Positions 55,389 through 64,000 of a stretch of 64,000 bases of DNA are shown piece by piece. The DNA lies in contig OX597815.1 of assembly GCA_951406725.2 (NCBI GenBank), forward strand, positions 171,182,001 through 171,246,000, in the 5' to 3' direction. The stretch comes from Octopus vulgaris (taxonomy: Eukaryota). Position 1 is the stretch's first letter. Every line of letters starts with the position of its first letter. The notes beneath the pieces are model-generated. The model was not told the DNA's origin. It saw nothing but the letters and a program-made list of their open reading frames with translations, and ran no database searches. The translations under genes were made by a program, and so were the position numbers.

Positions 55389-55546
55389 TAAGTATGGAAA
55401 ACAATAAAATTTTGGAAAAATTAAAAGAAAAGTTTTTTAAAAGAATATTTGCATAGTATTCAAATGCAAGGGGTATTTTCCTTGTTTCTGTCCGTCTCTG
55501 TCTTTCTTATTTACTCTTGTGGGTTCTGGGTCGTTGTGAATTCTTG

Positions 55547-55690
55547 GAAGAAGAAGAAGAAGAAGAAGAAGAAGAAGAAGAAGAAGAAGAAGAAGAAGAA
55601 GAAGAAGAAGAAGAAGAAGAAGAAGAAGAAGAAGAAGAAGAAGAAGAAGAAGAAGAAGAAGAAGAAGAAGAAAAAGGAGGAGGAGGAGGA
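55547..55690. repeat. (GAA)n/(GGA)n trinucleotide repeat
   Basis: Direct read, about 40 GAA units. Confidence 0.97.
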
Positions 55691-56234
55691 GTGCCATGAT
55701 AGTAGGATGTTAAATGGTCAAGTGCCCTGAAAGTCATTTGTTGTGGATGGTAGTAGTGATTGAATGCTTGAAACATCTGTTTTTAATGTTTTGTTTATAA
55801 AATTTGCGCAGGTGCTATTCTAAACAGCAATAGCGGTAAAGTTAGGAAGGAGGTGGCGGAGAGGAAGAAAACGAAGGAGAAGAAGGAAAAGGGAAAGGAG
55901 AATAAGAAGGAATGTAGGTGGTATGACGGCTTCTGTGTTGCTGTTGAGCGTATTCGGGCTTGTGTTATGAGACTTTTCATAGATTTGGGCTGTCTCTTGC
56001 TATTTATGATGGTGTGTGTTTGGAGGATTAAGTTCATTCTGTGGTCTTTTTTTTTAGCAGGGGGATGTTTTGAAGGATGGTGTCGAAGGCTTCATTGTTA
56101 AGAGGGTTGTGTGTGGAGATGTATGGTAGGGATTTTGGTTGTAAACTCAAAGGATGTTGAGTTGAAGAGCACGTTGAAAACATATATCAATTAGTGAAGG
56201 TGGGTAGTACCTGGTGATGAGTGTATCCCTTAGT

Positions 56235-56663
56235 TCATGTAGTCGTGTGTGCACGATGCCACACATGCAAGAGAACCGAGTCATGGCTGTCAGACAATTT
56301 CTGTGACCATATCATCCCTAATATCCGGCTAGCTAACTCCCCCGATTGCAAGCCCGTTGATTATTATGTGTGGGGCGCAATTGAGCGAGAGACCAACAAA
56401 ACTCCTAATAACACCAAAGATGAACTGAAGACAAGGATTATCGCAGCAGTCACCAACTTAAACAAGGAGACCGCCCAGGAGAGTTGCAGGTGATTCCGAA
56501 GTCGCCAAGAGGTCGTGGTTGAAGGCAATGGCGATTTTATTGAATAAATTTACTCTTCAGTATTTCAAGTTGTGTAATTTTGGTAAATATATCTGTTAAA
56601 ATGAGATGTCAGTGTTATTTATGTTTCTGCGTAATTTACACGATAGTTTATTCATCGCCCCTG
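56235..56663 (+). mobile_element. 3' end of a Tc1/mariner (DD37D/maT-like) transposon
   Basis: CHTCKRTESWL...NSPDCKPVDYYVWG...KDELK...SCR*FRSR.E.VVE.NGDFIE*; ends GCCCCTG next to (TA)n. Confidence 0.85.
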
Positions 56664-56673
56664 ATATATACAT

Positions 56674-56705
<32 letters not shown>

Positions 56706-56707
56706 GC

Positions 56708-56777
<70 letters not shown>

Positions 56778-57093
56778 AATGTGTACTTCGGTTCCTGAGC
56801 TGTGGACTTTTAGACGACCTACCTGCAAAAAGTTTAATCTTCCTCCGTTTTTTTTTCATTCTCTCTCCTTTCTTTCCCCACCTCTAATTATTTCTATCGA
56901 AGAGCATAGGCTTGGAACATAATAGACTTTTCTATTCTTCCCGAGCGTTAAACTAATACACCTGCTTGTTGTTAGGGACCATGTGGTTAGTAACACATAC
57001 ATACATACATACATACATACATACATACATACATACATACATACATACATACATACATACATACATGTATGTATATGCATACATATATATATG

Positions 57094-57137
57094 TATATTC
57101 AATGTTTCGGGGTTATGACCCCATTTTCAAGAATATA
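57094..57137 (-). ncRNA. Minimal hammerhead-like motif, U3-A8 core (also 60504-60547 and 63959-64000)
   Basis: UAUAUUC-UUGAAAA-uGGGG ucauaa CCCC-GAAA CA UU-GAAUAUA. Confidence 0.6.
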
Positions 57138-57498
57138 AACGAATGTTGCCGATATGCGTGTGTGAGCGTGTGTGGAGTGGACATGCATATCATGAACTAA
57201 CTCTTACTTTCTCAGATGCAGCACGCAATTTTGTCAGTGAAAAGGTCGCGGTCTCAAAGCGACGAAAATATTTTGGCAAATTAGATTTAAATGTTGAAGA
57301 GAATCTAACAGTTTTTTTTTGTGTTTTTTAAATGGCTTATAAACACCTTCCACGCTGTCTCAGCAAACAATCTCAGATCAGGTTACTTGTCCGTAATATT
57401 TATATTCAACTTTTGATAATTTGGGAATGATATAAAGTTACTTTGATCGATTGGAGTGTTTGTTCATTATACCTTTCAACAAACACACACACATATGT

Positions 57499-57571
<73 letters not shown>

Positions 57572-58593
57572 TACAATGTTACAGTCTACCAAATCACAAG
57601 GCATTAATCGGCCCGTAGCTATAGTAGAAGACACTTGTCCAAGATACCATACACAAAGTCTACTCCATGAACCATGTGGCTGTCAAGCAATTTCCCTTCC
57701 ACATAGCCAAGCCTTTGTGTGTGTATGTGTGGGGGCCACAGGCAGAAAATATACATCATCATATACTGGTTCTAAACACATAAAGTTATGTCGGTAATTC
57801 GAAGAGCTGAAGGAGCGTCAGATTGAAGGCTTGCGGCATTTTTATCATACCTCCGGTTGCCAAACTAGTTGACAGGTCAACTTTTGACCCTCAAACTTAC
57901 AAACCTCGTAAATACACTCACTTTCCATTACTCATGCTGATATCTATTAAGATTATTCACAACCTCTCATTTGTTCTGCTGTGCTTTTGGACGAGCATTC
58001 AACGTGCTTATTTCATCGATAATGCTGAGATGTTGAGCGAAGTGATATTGACCACTTCTTCTAGGGACCTAATAAGTTACTGAAACCATTCAATAAGAGC
58101 CTGAGGTAGAGTACAATGTAAATCAATTAATAATGAAAGTCGAAGTTTCTTATTTAAGAACAAGAACATTAATCTTGTGAGAGGGTGTTAGTCGATTGCC
58201 TTCAGACTAGTACTTAACTGTTACTTTCTTTCATTGATCCCGAAATGATTAAAAGGTAAGTAAACCTCAGCAGGTTTTGAATTCAGGACATAAATAAACA
58301 GTCGGAAAAAAAAAACCACAAGGCACTTTTTGCCCCGAAGTCCTAACGTATGTGAAAACAGAACGTAGTGTCCGTAGAAATACCGTTAGGTATTTTGTTT
58401 GATGTTTTATCTATTCTGACAAATGATAGTAAAGTGAAGAACGAAACACAAGAACACATTATATATTCTGTAATACATACACATACACGCACTGAAACGC
58501 AGACAGGCAGACAGACACACATACACACACATACGCACATACACACACATAAGTATATACAGACATATACATACACATATATATGTACATGTA

Positions 58594-58633
<40 letters not shown>

Positions 58634-58664
58634 CAAAATAAGCAACAGGATATATCAAGAGGTG

Positions 58665-58752
58665 ATGCAGTACGACCGTTTCAAGCGGCTCCATTTAATT
58701 GAACAATACAATCATTATATCAGTTTAAATGCAGGGCTATCCTCAGCTGCAT
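58665..58752 (-). ncRNA. Type I hammerhead ribozyme with canonical core
   Basis: AUGCAG-CUGAGGA-[long stem II]-GAAAC gguc GUA-CUGCAU. Confidence 0.8.
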
Positions 58753-59294
58753 AAATAAATAGAATTTTTAATCAGTTCGACACATTAATATACTTTTACT
58801 CGAATTCTCTAATATAGCAAGAAGAGGAAAAGAGTCCATGTTGCTACTAATGTAGCTTAGAATATACTACACTTCTAAGAACTGTATGAAGTTTGATATG
58901 ATCATAGCTTGTAAAGGATTGTGGCTCATTTTTAATTTATTAGTTTTTCTTATCAACTACCAAATCTAAGGCTAGAGAGCAGTGTCTGTTTAGAAAGGAG
59001 GGCAGGCGTGAGTTGTCAGTTTATAGTTGGGTATGGTCATAAATTTTGTCAGGATTTTAGGATTTGTATAAGTAACTGTCTATAAAGGAGCCACCTGTAG
59101 ATATGTATATACATATATATTATACAATTTTAAGGAGAGATTGTTAACTTTAACAATGCTCAGAAACGGGCTAGAATTAAAGTGCTCTAAATGAGCTAAG
59201 TTCCAATTTATGATTTCAATGGACGCAATATTGCCTCCATTGTTATGGCTGTTATTGCCTCCATTGAAATCATATATACATATATATACATATA

Positions 59295-59325
59295 CTAGCT
59301 TTTTTTCCTGGTTTCACCCGGGTAG
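59295..59325 (-). mobile_element. Helitron-like 3' terminus (second copy at 62766)
   Basis: Minus strand CCCGGGTGAAACCAGG hairpin, short A spacer, CTAG then T. Confidence 0.55.
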
Positions 59326-59950
59326 TTCGATTGATATCGCTGTAAAACTTGCTATCTTCTAAATATTTACCTCCTCTTTGTATTCAAACACCAAAACTAA
59401 AGGTAAAAAAATACAAAATACTAACAAAAACAAAAACAAAACAAATTAATAAAAATGTTAAGTTACCGAGAGTAACTGGAAGGTTTCAGTACTCCGATAT
59501 AGCTAAAATTATCTTAATTTGTGTAATCAAAGTCTAATGTAGTCATTGTAGCTAATCTGAAGCTCAACCATGAATGAAAAATCAAGTATCTGACAGAGAA
59601 GTTGTATGTACGCAAATCATATAAATTGTACTTTGTTAAACACCATAAATACAATGTAACACAGTAGTCAGTAGGAGAAACTTTAAACAAATAGACTTCC
59701 TGTCCTGCAAACATGCTGAATTAAACCACACAACACATGCTCTTAATCCCTTTGGATCTTAATACCTCAAGGTAATTTTTTCGTGAACAATCATAAAACT
59801 CAAGATACACAACGAACTCACAATGTATCGGAGTACTTATTTTTTATTTTTTTATTTTTGTACATTTTTATCATTATTCTTTTGCAAAAAACAATGCAAT
59901 TTTCTTTTTTTCCCCTTTCTAATTTTTAAAAAAACTTTTTAAGACATAAA

Positions 59951-59991
59951 TATTCTTGACAAGTCATACAATGACGAAAACCGGTTGAATA
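59951..59991 (+). ncRNA. Minimal hammerhead-like motif, U3-A8 core (also 63420-63460)
   Basis: UAUUC-UUGACAA-GUCAU aca AUGAC-GAAA ACCGG UU-GAAUA. Confidence 0.65.
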
Positions 59992-60125
59992 AATATATAT
60001 TTATATATTTTATCAATTTCTCATTTTATTAAAATTTTCTTTCATTTGAGCATTCTGCATTTCTTAAAAAATTTTTCCTTACTTATCATTTCTCCACGTG
60101 CGGTCAACACAACCCCACCATTTAT

Positions 60126-60189
<64 letters not shown>

Positions 60190-60902
60190 AATGTGTACTT
60201 CGGTTCCTGAGCTGTGGACTTTTAGACGACCTACCTGCAAAAAGTTTAATCTTCCTCCGTTTTTTTTTCATTCTCTCTCCTTTCTTTCCCCACCTCTAAT
60301 TATTTCTATCGAAGAGCATAGACTTGAAACATAATAGACTCTTCTATTCTTCCCGAGCGTTAAACTAATACACCTGCTTGTTGTTAGGGACCATGTGGTT
60401 AGTAACACATACATACATACATACATACATACATACATACATACATACATACATACATACATACATACATACATACATGTATGTATATGCATACATATAT
60501 ATGTATATTCAATGTTTCGGGGTTATGACCCCATTTTCAAGAATATAAACGAATGTTGCCGATATGCGTGTGCGAGCGTGTGTGGAGTGGACATGCATAT
60601 CATGAACTAACTGTTACTTTCTCAGATGCAGCACGCAATTTTGTCAGTGAAAAGGTCGCGGTCTCAAAGCGACGAAAATAGTTTGGCAAATTAGATTTAA
60701 ATGTTGAAGTGAATCTAACAGTTTTTTTTGTGTGTTTTTAAATGGCTTATAAACACCTTCCACGCTGTTTCAGCAAACAATCTCAGATCAGGTCACTTGT
60801 CCGTAATATTTATATTCAACTTTTGATAATTTGGGAATGATATAAAGTTACTTTGATCGATTGGAGTGTTTGTTCATTATACCTTTCAACAAACACACAC
60901 AC

Positions 60903-60968
<66 letters not shown>

Positions 60969-62032
60969 ATATATATATATATATATATACATATATACAA
61001 TGTTACCGTCTACCAAATCACAAGGCATTAATCGGCCCGTAGCTATAGTAGAAGACACTTGTCCAAGATACCATACACAAAGTCTACTCCATGAACCATG
61101 TGGCTGTCAAGCAATTTCCCTTCCACATACCCAAGCCTTTGTGTGTATGTGTGGGGGCCACAGGCAGAAAATATACATCATCATATACTGGTTTCTAAAC
61201 ACATAAAGTTATGTCGGTAATTCGAAGAGCTGAAGGAGCGTCAGATTGAAGGCTTGTGGCATTTTTATCATACCTTCGGTTGCCAAACTAGTTGACAGGT
61301 CAACTTTTGACCCTCAAACTTGCAAACATCGTAAATACACTCACTTTCCATTACTCATGCTGATATCTATTAAGATTATTCACAACCTCTCATTTGTTCT
61401 GCTGTGCTTTTGGACGAGCATTCAACGTGCTTATTTCATCGATAATGCTGAGATGTTGAGCGAAGTGGTATTGACCACTTCTTCTAGGGACCTAATAAGT
61501 TACTGAAACCATTCAATAAGAGCCTGTGGTAGAGTACAATGTAAATCAATTAATAATGAAAGTCGAAGGTTTCTTATTTAAGAACAAGAACATTAATCTT
61601 GTGAGAGGGTGTTAGTCGATTGCCTTCAGACTAGTACTTAACTGTTACTTTCTTTTATTGATCCCGAAATGATTAAAAGGTAAGTAAACCTCAGCAGGTT
61701 TTGAATTCAGGACATAAATAAACAGTCGGAAAAAAAAAACCCACAAGGCACTTTTTGCCCCGAAGTCCTAACGTATGTGAAAACAGAACGTAGTGTCCGT
61801 AGAAATACCGTTAGGTATTTTGTTTGATGTTTCATCTATTCTGACAAATGATAGTAAAGTGAAGAACGAATCACAAGAACACATTATATATTCTGTAATA
61901 CATACACATACACGCACTGAAACGCAGACAGGCAGATGGACAGGCAGACAGACACACATACACACACATACGCACATACACACACATATAAGTATATACA
62001 GACATATACATACACATATATATGTACATGTA

Positions 62033-62080
<48 letters not shown>

Positions 62081-62111
62081 CAAAATAAGCAACAGGATAT
62101 ATCAAGAGGTG

Positions 62112-62199
62112 ATGCAGTACGACCGTTTCAAGCGGCTCCATTTAATTGAACAATACAATCATTATATCAGTTTAAATGCAGGGCTATCCTCAGCTGCAT
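62112..62199 (-). ncRNA. Type I hammerhead ribozyme with canonical core (second copy)
   Basis: Identical to 58665-58752. Confidence 0.8.
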
Positions 62200-63593
62200 A
62201 AATAAATAGAATTTTTAATCAGTTCGACACATTAATATACTTTTACTCGAATTCTCTAATATAGCAAGAAGAGGGAAAGAGTCCATGTTGCTACTAATGT
62301 AGCTTAGAATATACTACACTTCTAAGAACTGTATGAAGTTTGATATGATCATAGCTTGTAAAGGATTGTGGCTCATTTTTAATTTATTAGTTTTTCTTAT
62401 CAACTACCAAATCTAAGGCTAGAGAGCAGTGTCTGTTTAGAAAGGAGGGCAGGCGTGAGTTGTCAGTTTATAGTTGGGTATGGTCATAAATTTTGTCAGG
62501 ATTTTAGGATTTGTATAAGTAACTGTCTATAAAGGAGCCACCTGTAGATATGTATATACATATATATTATACAATTTTAAGGAGAGATTGTTAACTTTAA
62601 CAATGCTCAGAAACGGGCTAGAATTAAAGTGCTCTAAATGAGCTAAGTTCCAATTTATGATTTCAATGGACGCAATATTGCCTCCATTGTTATGGCTGTT
62701 ATTGCCTCCATTGTTATGGCTGTTATTGCCTCCATTGAAATCATATATACATATATATACATATACTAGCTTTTTTCCTGGTTTCACCCGGGTAGTTCGA
62801 TTGATATCGCTGTAAAACTTGCTATCTTCTAAATATTTACCTCCTCTTTGTATTCAAACACCAAAACTAAAGGTAAAAAAATACAAAATACTAACAAAAA
62901 CACAAACAAAACAAATTAATAAAAATGTTAAGTTACCGAGAGTAACTGGAAGGTTTCAGTACTCCGATATAGCTAAAATTATCTTAATTTGTGTAATCAA
63001 AGCCTAATGTAGTCATTGTAGCTAATCTGAAGCTCAACCATGAATGAAAAATCAAGTATCTGACAGAGAAGTTGTATGTACGCAAATCATATAAATTGTA
63101 CTTTGTTAAACACCATAAATACAATGTAAAACAGTAGTCAGTAGGAGAAACTTTAAACAAATAGACTTCCTGTCCTGCAAACATGCTGAATTAAACCACA
63201 CAGCACATGCTCTTAATCCCTTTGGATCTTAATACCTCAAGGTAATTTTTTCGTGAACAATCATAAAACTCAAGATACACAACGAACTCACAATGTATCG
63301 GAGTACTTATTTTTTATTTTTTTATTTTTGTACATTTTTATCATTATTCTTTTGCAAAAAACAATGCAATTTTCTTTTGTTCCCCTTTCTAATTTAAAAA
63401 AAACTTTTTAAGACATAAATATTCTTGACAAGTCATACAATGACGAAAACCGGTTGAATAAATATATATTTATATATTTTATCAATTTCTCATTTTATTA
63501 AAATTTTCTTTCATTTGAGCATTCTGCATTTTTAAAAAAATTTTCCTTACTTATCATTTCTCCACGTGCGGTCAACATAACCCCACCATTTAT

Positions 63594-63671
<78 letters not shown>

Positions 63672-64000
63672 AATGTGTACTTCGGTTCCTGAGCTGTGGA
63701 CTTTTAGACGACCTACCTGCAAAAAGTTTAATCTTTCTCCGTTTTTTTTTTCATTCTCTCTCCTTTCTTTCCCCACCTCTAATTATTTCTATCGAAGAGC
63801 ATAGGCTTGAAACATAATAGACTCTTCTATTCTTCCCGAGCGTTAAACTAATACACCTGCTTGTTGTTAGGGACAATGTGGTTAGTAACACATACATACA
63901 TACATACATACATACATACATACATACATACATGTATGTATATGCATACATATATATGTATATTCAATGTTTCGGGGTTATGACCCCATTTTCAAGAATA

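Larger units (their letters stand above)
55265..56170 (-). mobile_element. Penelope-like element 3' fragment with pseudo-LTR, interrupted by (GAA)n
   Basis: Begins at a (TA)n edge and carries a hammerhead motif at 55353-55388; coding similarity not demonstrated. Confidence 0.45.
56710..64000. repeat. Tandem array of a ~3.41-3.48-kb unit (two full copies plus the start of a third)
   Basis: CATGTATGTAATGTGTACTTCGG recurs at 56769, 60181 and 63663; intervening sequence is collinear with scattered SNPs and indels. Confidence 0.97.

Noticed and set aside
56887-56925. Fourth hammerhead in the tandem unit
   Set aside because: The core reads CTATCGA and GGAA in copy 1; too degenerate to call.
56710-64000. 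Tandem array as a Helitron rolling-circle concatemer
   Set aside because: The array boundary is in (TA)n, about 2.6 kb from the CTAG terminus, rather than at it.

Overview
AT-rich eukaryotic (metazoan) DNA full of (TA)n, (CA)n, (TATG)n, (AGAT)n and (GAA)n microsatellites. The repeat content (three abundant tRNA-derived SINE families, Penelope-like fragments, R4/Dong-type LINE relics) looks like an octopus genome; that assignment is pattern recognition, not a database result. No intact cellular protein-coding gene can be supported, and nearly all supplied ORFs are microsatellite or SINE translations. Supportable features: many SINEs; decayed Tc1/mariner elements; R4/Dong and Hero/NeSL-like LINE fragments; a Penelope GIY-YIG relic; a Merlin-like MITE with an 8-bp TSD; a Helentron-type element; an 8 x ~125-bp minisatellite ending in a Helitron-like terminus; two long inverted-repeat pairs; and a ~3.4-3.5-kb tandem array running off the right edge. 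The most interesting signal is a set of hammerhead-ribozyme motifs. One has a canonical CUGAGGA/GAAA core, and several carry the compensatory U3-A8 core (UUGANAA). Each 3.4-kb unit holds three, on both strands. A few isolated splice-site-bounded segments, including a strong 16-nt microexon candidate, suggest the window lies inside long introns.
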